Positions 1-9,252 of a DNA stretch of 64,000 nt are shown piece by piece. The notes under the pieces were generated by a model. It was not told the DNA's origin. It ran no database searches and saw only the letters and a program-made list of their open reading frames with translations. Location of the stretch: NCBI GenBank assembly GCA_001793945.1, contig MGIW01000005.1:57923-121922 (forward strand). The letters are read 5' to 3'. Each line of letters begins with the position of its first letter. Positions within the stretch are counted from its first letter, which is position 1. A program made the position numbers and the translations under genes. The DNA comes from Candidatus Wolfebacteria bacterium RIFOXYD12_FULL_48_21 (GTDB lineage Bacteria; Patescibacteriota; Minisyncoccia; UBA6257; UBA9933).

Positions 1-2189
1 CGAAGCAGTTGTTTAGTCGGGTCGCAACTCATATCACGCTCTCATCGCTGTTTTATGATACGAAGGTATACCAGCGCAGGCCCGGAGGGACCGAGCATCG
101 CGTTGAAGAAGTGGATTATGCAAAGCTCGCCGGCAAGCTCGCCATAGGATCATATAAGTTGAATGTATTCCATGTCGAAGCATTACATCGGCTGTTTGCG
201 CGCAATGCGGCGAACAGACAGATAAAGGTGTCATGGAGCGAACTGCTTGATCTGTTCAAGAAGGGATATTTTGATAAATACACCGAAGAACTAGAGGGGT
301 ACTATAACCTGATGGTCGGGCGGAAGTTTTTGCCGAACACGCCGGCGATCGCGAACTTTGGAAACCATCTCGGCATGGGAAGCGCATGTTTTACATTGGG
401 TGTTGCGGATTCTATCGAATTGATCATGGATACGCTCAAGTCCGCGGCGGTTATATTTAAGTCGGGTGGTGGCGTAGGCTATAACTTTTCACATTTGCGA
501 CCGGAAGGCGATTTTGTGAAAACGACAGGAGGCACTGCTTCGGGGCCAATCAGCTTCATGTCCATGTTCGATAACATGACCGAGGTCATCAAGCAAGGCG
601 GCATTCGCCGAGGCGCGAACATGGGTATTTTAAACAGCAACCATCCCGATATAGAAAAGTTCATCAAGGCAAAAGAGGGCAACAAGGCGTTGCGCAATTT
701 TAATATTTCGGTCATGTTGATGCCGGAGTTCTGGAAAGCGCTTGAAGAAGGGAAGCCGTATCAGCTGTTGAATCCGAGGAGCGGTAAGGTGGTAAAAGAA
801 GTGGATCCGGAACAGTTGTTTGATCTTATTGCCTATCAGGCATGGGAATCGGCAGAGCCGGGAGCGTTGTTCTTTGATAATATCAACGAGCATAATCCGT
901 TCTTGAAATCCATGGGCCCGATCGAAAGCACGAACCCGTGCGGCGAAGTGGTCTTGTACCCATATGAAAGTTGCAATCTTGGCTCGATCAATGTATGGAG
1001 CTATGCGGAAAAGAACGGAGGCAAGAAGGCAATATTCAATTGGGAGCGTCTTGCGGCTGACATTCAGGTTTCGATGCGTCTGCTTGATAATGTCATCGAT
1101 GTAAACAAATATCCGATGCCCGAGATTGAAGCCATGACATTGGCAACCAGAAAGATCGGTTTTGGCATGATGGGCCTCGGCGACCTGTTGTACGAACTTG
1201 AGATCCCGTACGATTCCAAGGAAGGTTTCGCGTTCATGGAGGAGCTTATGGAGTTCTTAAATTATCAGACCAAGGTCGCATCCGTCGATCTTGCAAAGGA
1301 GCGCGGCCGCATGCCGATGTTTGATAAGTCTTCATACAAAGATGGCAAGATGCCTTTCTCGGCATTTAAAGACAAAAAATCGTGGAGGCAGGATTGGAAG
1401 GGATTGGTCGAGAAGGTAAAGAAGTACGGCATCCGCAACGGGTTTACCACGGTGCTCGCACCGACGGGTTCCATTTCGATGATCGCGGGATGTTCGTCGG
1501 GAATCGAACCGGTTTTCAGTCTTGTGTTTGAAAAAAGCATATCAATCGGCAGTTTCTTTTATGTCGATCCGGTGTTTGAAGATCGCATGCAACGGGAAGG
1601 GTTGATGGACGACGCGCTCTTAAAGGATGTTTCGTCGACCGCGGGAAGCGTGCGAAGCATCGGTTACATGCCTCCGAAATTGAAGAAGGTATTTGTGACA
1701 TCTATGGATATCGCGCCGAAGGATCATGTGCGGGTGCTCGCCATTTTGCAGCGCTGGACCGATTCTTCCATTTCTAAAACAAATAACTTGCCGGCAACGG
1801 CGACCGTTGATGATATTAAAGAGATTTATCTGTTGGCGCATGAACTGGGGTGCAAGGGCGTTACCGTGTATCGCGATAAATCATTGACGGCTCAGGTGCT
1901 GAACGCAGGTACCAAGAAAGGAGATAAGGAGCGGGAAGATAAAAGAAAGGAAAGCGAAATGACCGTCATCAAGGATGAAAAAGCGAAAGGAATGACGATC
2001 TACCATAAGGCGGGGGCGGTCACGAGCGCGGTAGAACTCGGCCTGTCGCCGGCACCTTCGACGCTCAACGCGGAAGATTTCACCGGCTCGCTAAAGGAAC
2101 TGACTCATTGCCCAAGCTGTAAAACAAAGCTGGTGCGGCAAGAAGGTTGCCGCAAATGCCCAAACTGCGGCTGGGGATTGTGTAGCTAA
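1..2189 (+). CDS. nrdJ: Ribonucleotide reductase, class II (adenosylcobalamin-dependent-like), 5'-partial or TTG-initiated
   Basis: TNPCGEV active-site motif. C-terminal Cys zinc-ribbon (CPSCKTKLVRQEGCRKCPNCGW) typical of monomeric class II RNR. The ORF runs to the window edge with no upstream stop. Confidence 0.75.
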   Translation, partial: KQLFSRVATHITLSSLFYDTKVYQRRPGGTEHRVEEVDYAKLAGKLAIGSYKLNVFHVEALHRLFARNAANRQIKVSWSELLDLFKKGYFDKYTEELEGYYNLMVGRKFLPNTPAIANFGNHLGMGSACFTLGVADSIELIMDTLKSAAVIFKSGGGVGYNFSHLRPEGDFVKTTGGTASGPISFMSMFDNMTEVIKQGGIRRGANMGILNSNHPDIEKFIKAKEGNKALRNFNISVMLMPEFWKALEEGKPYQLLNPRSGKVVKEVDPEQLFDLIAYQAWESAEPGALFFDNINEHNPFLKSMGPIESTNPCGEVVLYPYESCNLGSINVWSYAEKNGGKKAIFNWERLAADIQVSMRLLDNVIDVNKYPMPEIEAMTLATRKIGFGMMGLGDLLYELEIPYDSKEGFAFMEELMEFLNYQTKVASVDLAKERGRMPMFDKSSYKDGKMPFSAFKDKKSWRQDWKGLVEKVKKYGIRNGFTTVLAPTGSISMIAGCSSGIEPVFSLVFEKSISIGSFFYVDPVFEDRMQREGLMDDALLKDVSSTAGSVRSIGYMPPKLKKVFVTSMDIAPKDHVRVLAILQRWTDSSISKTNNLPATATVDDIKEIYLLAHELGCKGVTVYRDKSLTAQVLNAGTKKGDKEREDKRKESEMTVIKDEKAKGMTIYHKAGAVTSAVELGLSPAPSTLNAEDFTGSLKELTHCPSCKTKLVRQEGCRKCPNCGWGLCS

Positions 2190-2233
2190 CGGCGCGAAAC
2201 GAAGAAAAACGAAACACGAAAAATGGATCAAGC

Positions 2234-2260
2234 AAAAAGGCACGCGTAGCGTGCCTTTTT
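2234..2260 (+). terminator. Rho-independent terminator hairpin after nrdJ
   Basis: aaaaaggcacgcgtagcgtgccttttt: GC stem followed by a T-run. Confidence 0.6.
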
Positions 2261-2316
2261 GGCGAGTTTTCCATATTCCGTTTTTCATTTTTCGAAATCC
2301 TTGATATACTCCCATC

Positions 2317-2967
2317 ATGAGCAACAAAGGAAAAGAGATATTGACATGGGTGGTGTTGGCAATCGGCCTCAGTGCTATCGTAGCCGGAATCTATGGCGCA
2401 GTTGCGCAACCGGGAGAGATAGGTAAAGAAGCCGGTAGTCTTGTTGCTCCGGTGACGGCGACAGATAAAACAAAAGGCAGCGCAGCAGCAAAGGTGACTG
2501 TCGTCGAGTATAGCGATTTTGAATGCCCCGCGTGCAGTTATTTCTACGGCATGCTTAAAAAGCTTGAAGAGGAAAAGGGCGATGCGGTGCGGATCGTGTA
2601 CCGCCATTTCCCGTTGCCACGGCACCGATATGCGCGCATAACGGCACAAGCGGCCGAGGCCGCCGGCATGCAGGGAAAGTTTTGGGAAATGCACGACATG
2701 CTGTTTGAAAAGCAAAAAGAATGGTCAAGGAGTGAAGACATTCAAGGGATACTGATCGGATATGCGAGCGCGATAGGGATAGACACCGCACTGTTCATAA
2801 ATGACTTGAAAAGAGCGGATATTGATGAAAAGATCGATCGTGATATGGCACTGGGCGTTGAACAGAAAATAGAAGGAACTCCGACATTCTTTTTGAATGG
2901 GAATATGATTCAATTCCGGTCATATGAAGAACTAAAACAGCTAGTTGAGGCGGAATTAAGCAAGTGA
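2317..2967 (+). CDS. DsbA-like thiol:disulfide oxidoreductase (thioredoxin fold), membrane-anchored
   Basis: N-terminal TM helix. CPAC active-site motif in the context YSDFECPACSYFY. Confidence 0.75.
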   Translation: MSNKGKEILTWVVLAIGLSAIVAGIYGAVAQPGEIGKEAGSLVAPVTATDKTKGSAAAKVTVVEYSDFECPACSYFYGMLKKLEEEKGDAVRIVYRHFPLPRHRYARITAQAAEAAGMQGKFWEMHDMLFEKQKEWSRSEDIQGILIGYASAIGIDTALFINDLKRADIDEKIDRDMALGVEQKIEGTPTFFLNGNMIQFRSYEELKQLVEAELSK

Positions 2968-2980
2968 GAATCTCTCGCAT

Positions 2981-3090
2981 TGTCATTCCGAGTGAGGCGG
3001 TACTCCGCGGAATCGAGGAATCTGTTTCTGGTTGTGTTATACCGGCGGGTGAGGGCCTGCCCTCGACCTGATCGGAGGCCGGAATCCAGT
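2981..3090. repeat. Composite palindromic repeat element of the GTCATTCC...GGAATCCAG family
   Basis: tgtcattccgagtgaggcgg...ggccggaatccagt. Related copies occur at more than 15 other sites in the window. Confidence 0.8.
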
Positions 3091-3104
3091 ACTACTATAA
3101 CGGT

Positions 3105-3524
3105 ATGAAAAAAAATCTGACAATTTGGGCAATACTCGCGTTGAGCACTATTGGCTTCATTGACTCGGTCTATTTGGCGCTAAAGATCCTTTTGAGCTCT
3201 CCCATAACCTGTTCTGCCTTTGGCGGCGGGTGCGATATTGTCGCGCAATCAAAATATAGCGCCATAGTGGGCGTACCGCTCTCGATGCTGGGTGTGTTGT
3301 TCTACGCGGCGATTATTATCGGCATAACATATTATCTGCAAAGGCGAACAATTAAGTCCCTGGAGTGGATAGCATACGGCTTGCTATTTGGCGGATTGTT
3401 CTCGATTTACCTGCTTGCTCTGCAGGCGTTTGTCATTGAAGCATGGTGCTTGTATTGCGTGGTGGCAGACGCAATCGGGATCGCAAATGCGCTATTGGCG
3501 ATCCGGCTATTGCGAATGAAATAA
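3105..3524 (+). CDS. Vitamin K epoxide reductase (VKOR) family membrane protein
   Basis: Four predicted TM segments. Loop cysteine pair CSAFGGGC. CLYC (CXXC) in the last TM. Sits immediately downstream of the DsbA-like gene. Confidence 0.75.
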   Translation: MKKNLTIWAILALSTIGFIDSVYLALKILLSSPITCSAFGGGCDIVAQSKYSAIVGVPLSMLGVLFYAAIIIGITYYLQRRTIKSLEWIAYGLLFGGLFSIYLLALQAFVIEAWCLYCVVADAIGIANALLAIRLLRMK

Positions 3525-3533
3525 TGGTAAAAA

Positions 3534-3558
3534 CCCCGTTCCTGGGCAAGGAACGGGG
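3534..3558. repeat. Palindromic hairpin CCCCGTTCCT-N5-AGGAACGGGG (copy 1)
   Basis: A perfect 10-bp stem. The same stem recurs at 4779-4804 on the other side of the ATPase gene. Confidence 0.8.
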
Positions 3559-3578
3559 TGGGGGGGGTCTGCATACCC

Positions 3579-3607
3579 TTGACAATTACATAATTATGAT
3601 AAATAAT
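3579..3607 (+). promoter_or_regulatory. Putative sigma70-type promoter upstream of the ATPase gene
   Basis: TTGACA at 3579-3584, with an AATAAT-like -10 element about 17 nt downstream. Confidence 0.35.
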
Positions 3608-3637
3608 GTAACTAATATTACATATTTTATATAAATT

Positions 3638-4771
3638 ATGAAATTAATCAAGCGAATCGCCCAGAAAAATATAGAAAAGGAGCTTTTTAAAGGGAGGGTT
3701 GTTGTAATTTATGGGGCAAGGCAGGTGGGAAAAACGACACTCGCGAAGGAAATTCTTACAAAATATCCCGATGATGGGGTGTATATTAATTGCGAGCAAT
3801 ATGAGGTGAGGCAGGGATTATCCGTGCGGAGCGCAGAAAGAATAAAAGCATTTATCGGAAATAAAAAACTTGTCATACTTGATGAAGCGCAACAAATACC
3901 GGAGATAGGGTTGATTTTGAAGTTAATGGTAGATACATACCCGGAGATGCAGGTCATCGCGACGGGGTCTTCGAGCTTTGATCTCATGAATAGCGTTGGA
4001 GAGCCGCTTGTCGGTAGGGCATCATGGTTCACGCTTTATCCGATCAGTCTTGAAGAAGTCGAACAGGACAAGACATTGTTTGGTGTTGAAGCACATCTTG
4101 AACATATGATGCGGTTCGGATCATACCCGGCGATCTGCTTTGAACCAGAGGAGGGTGCGATGCGAAAATTGGATGCGCTCGCTTCGGGATATTTATATAA
4201 AGATATTCTTGCATTTGAGGGGATACAAAAATCGGGCATATTGGTAAAGTTGACGCAACTTTTGGCACTGCAGGTAGGGAATGAAGTATCGCTCAGCGAA
4301 CTGGCGACGGTATTGGGAATTAGTAGACAATCGGTTTCGAAATATATAGATATTTTGGAAAAATCATTCATCATATTTCGACTACGGGCGTTGAGTAGAA
4401 ATTTGCGGAAAGAAATAGCAAAATCGGAGAAGGTGTATTTCTATGATCTTGGGATCCGTAACGCGGTCATTAGAAATTACAACCCACTGGCGATGCGTAA
4501 TGATGTCGGCGCATTATGGGAGAATTTAATGATCGTCGAGCGGATGAAGCGGAACAGTTACCATGGGCATTTCGCCAATATATATTTTTGGAGAACATAT
4601 GATCAAAAAGAAATTGATTTGATCGAGGAATATGGGGGCCGCCTACAGGGGTATGAATTTAAATGGGGGAATGCCACAGCGCGCGTACCGAAGCTATTTA
4701 TCGAGACATATAAAGATGCTACATGGCAGTTGGTGAATCGTAACAACTATTGGGATTTTATCGGAAAGTAA
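3638..4771 (+). CDS. AAA-type ATPase with C-terminal DUF4143-like domain (COG1373-type ATP-binding protein)
   Basis: Walker A GARQVGKTTL. DEAQ-like Walker B (ILDEAQ). Length and layout match archaeal-type ATPase/DUF4143 proteins. Confidence 0.65.
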   Translation: MKLIKRIAQKNIEKELFKGRVVVIYGARQVGKTTLAKEILTKYPDDGVYINCEQYEVRQGLSVRSAERIKAFIGNKKLVILDEAQQIPEIGLILKLMVDTYPEMQVIATGSSSFDLMNSVGEPLVGRASWFTLYPISLEEVEQDKTLFGVEAHLEHMMRFGSYPAICFEPEEGAMRKLDALASGYLYKDILAFEGIQKSGILVKLTQLLALQVGNEVSLSELATVLGISRQSVSKYIDILEKSFIIFRLRALSRNLRKEIAKSEKVYFYDLGIRNAVIRNYNPLAMRNDVGALWENLMIVERMKRNSYHGHFANIYFWRTYDQKEIDLIEEYGGRLQGYEFKWGNATARVPKLFIETYKDATWQLVNRNNYWDFIGK

Positions 4772-4778
4772 TGGAGAA

Positions 4779-4810
4779 CCCCCGTTCCTTGCTCAGGAAC
4801 GGGGTTTTTT
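4779..4810 (+). terminator. Hairpin plus T-run terminator (copy 2 of the CCCCGTTCCT palindrome)
   Basis: cccccgttccttgctcaggaacggggtttttt. Confidence 0.7.
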
Positions 4811-4824
4811 GGTATGGTATAGGC

Positions 4825-7800
4825 ATGTTAAAGGGAAGAAAAAAGTTTACTCCGAGCGAAGTGGAATCGGAAGTTTTGGAGTTTTGGAAACAAGACAAAA
4901 CATTCGAACGATCGGTCAAGAAACCTGCTCCGAAAGGGGAGTATGTATTTTACGATGGACCTCCGTTTGCGACCGGATTGCCCCACTATGGGCATATTTT
5001 GCAGAGCGTCATCAAGGATGTTGTTCCGCGATATCAGACCATGAACGGCAAGCGCGTGGAGCGTCGCTGGGGTTGGGATTGCCACGGATTGCCGGTTGAG
5101 AATTTGATCGAAAAGGAGCTGGGGCTTGAGACGAAAAAAGATATCGAAAATCTTGGTGTAGAGACCTTCAACGAAGCCGCGCGAGGCAGTGTTATGTCAT
5201 ATGCGCACGATTGGAAGAATATCATTCCGCGCATCGGCCGCTGGGTGGAAATGGAGAAAGACTACAAGACCATGGATGCGAGCTTTACTGAATCGGTAAT
5301 GTGGGTATTCAAGACGCTTTATGACAAAGGGCTGGTCTACGAAGGTCGCAAATCCATGCATGTGTGCCCGCGTTGCGAGACATCGTTGTCCAATTTTGAA
5401 GTTGCGTTGAACTATAAAGATATCGATGATATATCGACCTATGTAAAGTTTGCCGTTGCGGGAGAAAAAAATACCTACTTCATCGCATGGACGACCACGC
5501 CATGGACATTGCCGGGCAATGTGGCGCTGGCGATCAACGCAAAGGCGGAATATGTGACTGTTGAAGCAAGGACTGAAGCGGGTAAGGAGCGCTATATTCT
5601 GGCGAAGGATCGTCTTGCTATTATCGATGGGGAATATGTGATCGTAAAAACGGTAAAGGGCAAAGAGTTGGCCGGTACGGCATATGTGCCGCTGTTTGAT
5701 TACTATCAAAAAGGCGAATTGGAAAACCGCGAAAATGGCTGGAAGGTCTATGCGGCCGATTTTGTGACCATGGAAGACGGTTCGGGTATTGTGCATATCG
5801 CGCCGGCGTTCGGTGTCGACGATATGGAGGTAGCTCGCAAAGAAAAACTGCCATTTGTGCAGCATGTGGCCATGGATGGGCATTTCAAGCCGGAGGTGAA
5901 GGATTTCCCGGGATTGGCGGTAAAGCCGCGGGGAGACCACAAGGCGACCGATATAGAGGTCATCAAGTGGCTTGCGCACCATGGTAATTTGCTCAAGAAG
6001 CAAAAGCTGGTCCACTCATATCCGCATTGCTGGCGCTGTGAAACGCCGTTGCTGAACTACGCAACATCATCATGGTTCGTGGAAGTGACCAAGATCCGCG
6101 ATACAAAGAACGGGTTGGTGGAAAATAATAAAAAGGTCAACTGGATCCCAGGGCATATCAAAACGGGGCGTTTTGGCAACTGGGTGGCAGATGCGCGCGA
6201 TTGGGCCGTTTCCCGCTCGCGATTTTGGGGTGCACCCATTCCGGTATGGCGTTGCGATGAGTGTGGCGAGATAAAAGTAATGGGTTCCATTGCGGATATC
6301 AAAAAGAATGTGCCGAAATCGGGTAATGTTTATTTTACATTGCGCCATGGCGAGTCGCAGAATAACGCGCTCAATTTGGCAAGCTCAAATCCGAAGAACA
6401 CATATCATCTGACAAATAAAGGCAAGGCGCAGGTAGAAAAATCGGTTAAGGCATTCATAAAGCAGCTCAAGGGAAAGAAGATCGATCTGATCGTATCGTC
6501 TGATTTTGCACGGGCTCACGAAACGGCGGAACTCACCGCAAAGCTGCTCGGGTACGGAGCGAAGATCGTCATCGACAAGCGGTTGCGCGAGATCGACTGC
6601 GGCATTTTTGATGACAAGCCGATCGGTGAGTATCATGCGTATTTTGCATCGCTGGAAGAAAAGTTTATCAAGACCGCGCCGAAAGGAGAGAGTTTGAACG
6701 ATGTAAAAAAGCGCATAACGGAATTCGTATACGAAATTGATGCGAAGTATAAAGGGAAAAACATTTTGATCGTAAGTCATGAGTATCCCATTTGGGCGCT
6801 CTTTGCGGGTGTGCAAGGGTTCGATGGCAGAAAAGCGGTCGCCATGCGCAAGCCGAACAAGGACTTTATCGTCAATGCCGAAATAAAGAAATTGGATTTC
6901 AGCGTTATTCCGCATAACAAAAATTATGAACTGGATTTGCATCGCCCGTACATCGACCGGGTGGAATTGCAATGCGCAAAAGGGCACGCCATGAAGCGCG
7001 TACCGGATGTGTTTGATTGTTGGTTTGAGTCGGGTTCCATGCCGTATGGACAGGCACATTATCCGTTTGAAAATAAAAAGAAATTCGAAAAGAATTTCCC
7101 GGCAGAGTTTATTGCCGAAGCGGTTGACCAAACGCGCGGCTGGTTCTATACACTTATGGTTTTATCGACGGGCTTGTTCGGAAAGCCTGCATTTAAGAAT
7201 GTCATAACGACAGGATTGGTTCTTGCCGAAGACGGACAAAAGATGTCCAAAAAGCTGAAGAACTACCCTGATCCGATGACGATCGTGGACAAGTATGGCG
7301 CGGATGCGCTGCGCTTGTATTTGGTGTCATCGCCGATCGTTCGGGGAGAGGTGCTTAATTTTTCGGAAAAGGGTGTTGATGAATTGTACAAGAAGGTCAT
7401 TTCGCGCCTATGGAATGTATATAGTTTTTATGACATGTACGGGAAACAACTGATAACCAAAAACCAAAAACCAATAACGAAAAATGTGTTGGATACATGG
7501 ATGCTGGGTCGGCTTGATGAATTGATCGCCGAAACGACCGGCGCCATGAATAGCTATGAGCTTGACCGCGCGGTGCGCCCGATCGGTCAGTTTGTCGATG
7601 ACCTGTCGACATGGTATGTGCGTCGCTCCCGCCGCCGGTTCCAGAAGCCGGATGACAAAAAAGACTGGGAGCTCGCATCAAAAACGCTCGCGTATATTTT
7701 GTTTGAAACAAGCAAAGTAATGGCGCCGTTTACGCCGTTCTTTGCAGATGCATTGTATAAGTCGCTGAATACGAAAAAGAACGCATCCGTGCATTTGGAT

Positions 7801-8352
7801 GCGTGGCCGAAAGTCACATCGTTGGCAGTTTTGAAGGCGCATAAAAAGGCGGGGGTAATGATGGCCGAGGTGCGGACCTTGGCAAGCGTGGCGCTCGCAA
7901 AGCGCGCGCAGTTGGGCATCAAGGTGCGGCAGCCATTGTCTTCATTGACGGTCCAGTCGACCGTCGCAGGATTGAAGACAAATAAGGAGCTGTTGGCGAT
8001 CCTTGCCGACGAAGTAAATGTAAAGAATATCATCATAAAGCAATCCGTCGAGGGCATTGTCGAATTCGATACGCGTATCACACCGGAACTGTTGGAAGAG
8101 GGAATCATTCGCGAAAGTGTGCGCATGATCCAAGGGCTTCGGCAGGATGCAGGCTATGAGCCGAAGGACAAAATAACCCTGTTTGTCGACAGCGCCGCAT
8201 TGGGCGATATGGTCAAAAAATATGAAGAATTATTGAAAAAGGAAGTGGGGGCAAAGGTAATCATATTTGCCCAGGATCCGGAACATATTGATGCGTACTC
8301 CGAGCTGGTGCTCGAAGGTGATCGAATTTGGTTTGGCATCAGAAGAGCATAA
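4825..8352 (+). CDS. ileS: Isoleucyl-tRNA synthetase carrying an internal histidine-phosphatase-like domain insertion
   Basis: HIGH region PHYGHIL. KMSKKL (KMSKS). Zinc motifs CWRCETP and WRCDECGE. A start at the ATG at 4825 is preferred over the track start at 4750, which overlaps the hairpin. Confidence 0.9.
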   Translation: MLKGRKKFTPSEVESEVLEFWKQDKTFERSVKKPAPKGEYVFYDGPPFATGLPHYGHILQSVIKDVVPRYQTMNGKRVERRWGWDCHGLPVENLIEKELGLETKKDIENLGVETFNEAARGSVMSYAHDWKNIIPRIGRWVEMEKDYKTMDASFTESVMWVFKTLYDKGLVYEGRKSMHVCPRCETSLSNFEVALNYKDIDDISTYVKFAVAGEKNTYFIAWTTTPWTLPGNVALAINAKAEYVTVEARTEAGKERYILAKDRLAIIDGEYVIVKTVKGKELAGTAYVPLFDYYQKGELENRENGWKVYAADFVTMEDGSGIVHIAPAFGVDDMEVARKEKLPFVQHVAMDGHFKPEVKDFPGLAVKPRGDHKATDIEVIKWLAHHGNLLKKQKLVHSYPHCWRCETPLLNYATSSWFVEVTKIRDTKNGLVENNKKVNWIPGHIKTGRFGNWVADARDWAVSRSRFWGAPIPVWRCDECGEIKVMGSIADIKKNVPKSGNVYFTLRHGESQNNALNLASSNPKNTYHLTNKGKAQVEKSVKAFIKQLKGKKIDLIVSSDFARAHETAELTAKLLGYGAKIVIDKRLREIDCGIFDDKPIGEYHAYFASLEEKFIKTAPKGESLNDVKKRITEFVYEIDAKYKGKNILIVSHEYPIWALFAGVQGFDGRKAVAMRKPNKDFIVNAEIKKLDFSVIPHNKNYELDLHRPYIDRVELQCAKGHAMKRVPDVFDCWFESGSMPYGQAHYPFENKKKFEKNFPAEFIAEAVDQTRGWFYTLMVLSTGLFGKPAFKNVITTGLVLAEDGQKMSKKLKNYPDPMTIVDKYGADALRLYLVSSPIVRGEVLNFSEKGVDELYKKVISRLWNVYSFYDMYGKQLITKNQKPITKNVLDTWMLGRLDELIAETTGAMNSYELDRAVRPIGQFVDDLSTWYVRRSRRRFQKPDDKKDWELASKTLAYILFETSKVMAPFTPFFADALYKSLNTKKNASVHLDAWPKVTSLAVLKAHKKAGVMMAEVRTLASVALAKRAQLGIKVRQPLSSLTVQSTVAGLKTNKELLAILADEVNVKNIIIKQSVEGIVEFDTRITPELLEEGIIRESVRMIQGLRQDAGYEPKDKITLFVDSAALGDMVKKYEELLKKEVGAKVIIFAQDPEHIDAYSELVLEGDRIWFGIRRA

Positions 8353-8364
8353 TGCTCATATATT

Positions 8365-8428
8365 TGTCATTCCGGCCCGTTCGTCCGCCAGCTGGCGGAT
8401 CAGGGTAAAACTCCGGCCGGAATCCAGT
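8365..8428. repeat. Palindromic repeat element (GTCATTCC...GGAATCCAG family)
   Basis: tgtcattccggcccgttcgtccgccagctggcggatcagggtaaaactccggccggaatccagt. Confidence 0.8.
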
Positions 8429-8436
8429 AAAAAGTT

Positions 8437-9252
8437 ATGATTGATATTGCAATACAGATCGTCAATTACAAAACAAAGGCATATTTATCGCGCTGTATCG
8501 AGTCGGTGCTTAAAGACATGCGGGATTCCGGTATTGTGTATCGGGTAATTGTGCTGGAAAACGGCTCAGGTGATGATCTGCGCGATCTCGAAGATAGTTA
8601 CAAAGGGGAGCTCGTGGATTTTCAGTATTCCGGTAAAAATCTTGGGTTTGGAGGTGGGCACAATGCATTGTCGAAGAAATTGGAAAGCAAGTATATATTC
8701 GCATTAAATCCCGATACGCATATAGAAAAAGGCGCCATAAAGATATTGTTTGATTTTATGGAGGCGCATCCCGAAGCGGGTATGTGCGGTCCTCGGGTGC
8801 TATTGCCTGAGAAAAATTTTTTTTGGCACAAGAAGCCATTTTGGCCGAAGCAGTTTGTCTGGAAGGAATTTTTTGAACGGTACTTCGGAATTCGTATAAT
8901 GAAAAATATTGCATTTCTTGAGCATGACCCAATTATCGGTTCGGCACTTTTTATTCGGCGCGACGCGTATGAGAAAGTGGGAGGGTTTGACGAGCATCTG
9001 TTTTTATATTTTGAGGAAGGAGACCTTTGTAATTCATTGAAGAAAGAGGGGTATGGTATATTTTTTGTATATGATGCCATAGTGGTTCATTTCTATGGGA
9101 AGAGTGATGTGTCAAAAAGAAGGAAAGTAGAGGAGTTTAAAAAGTCCCGAAGGTATTTCTATATAAAATGGTATGGCGAGGAAAAAGCAAAAGAAATGTT
9201 GGCGAAGGAAGAAAATATACTGAACGACAAGCGCCTTGAAAAGGTGCTATAA
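8437..9252 (+). CDS. Glycosyltransferase family 2
   Basis: N-terminal IVNYKT...SV motif. DxD-like ALNPDT. GT2-like fold, about 270 aa. Confidence 0.65.
   Translation: MIDIAIQIVNYKTKAYLSRCIESVLKDMRDSGIVYRVIVLENGSGDDLRDLEDSYKGELVDFQYSGKNLGFGGGHNALSKKLESKYIFALNPDTHIEKGAIKILFDFMEAHPEAGMCGPRVLLPEKNFFWHKKPFWPKQFVWKEFFERYFGIRIMKNIAFLEHDPIIGSALFIRRDAYEKVGGFDEHLFLYFEEGDLCNSLKKEGYGIFFVYDAIVVHFYGKSDVSKRRKVEEFKKSRRYFYIKWYGEEKAKEMLAKEENILNDKRLEKVL

Noticed and set aside
3443-3634. 63-aa ORF overlapping the VKOR 3' end and the hairpin/promoter region.
   Set aside because: It is read through a poly-G tract and a palindromic hairpin and shows no protein-like features.
5197-6015. 272-aa ORF on the minus strand inside ileS, plus similar long antisense ORFs: 6385-7131 inside ileS; 20088-20957 inside pyk; 25317-26117 and 25843-26547 inside cca; 27883-28968 inside the sigma factor gene; 46128-47009 inside the ABC transporter; 50528-51520 inside cysS; 58294-59097 inside serS.
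   Set aside because: Each lies fully inside a well-supported sense-strand gene with clear family motifs. They have biased low-complexity composition and no RBS or motifs, so they are treated as shadow ORFs.
6313-6930. Interpretation of the ileS insertion as an intein.
   Set aside because: No N-terminal Cys/Ser/Thr nucleophile, no C-terminal His-Asn plus Cys/Ser/Thr, and no homing-endonuclease block. Instead it has a complete RHGE histidine-phosphatase catalytic set.
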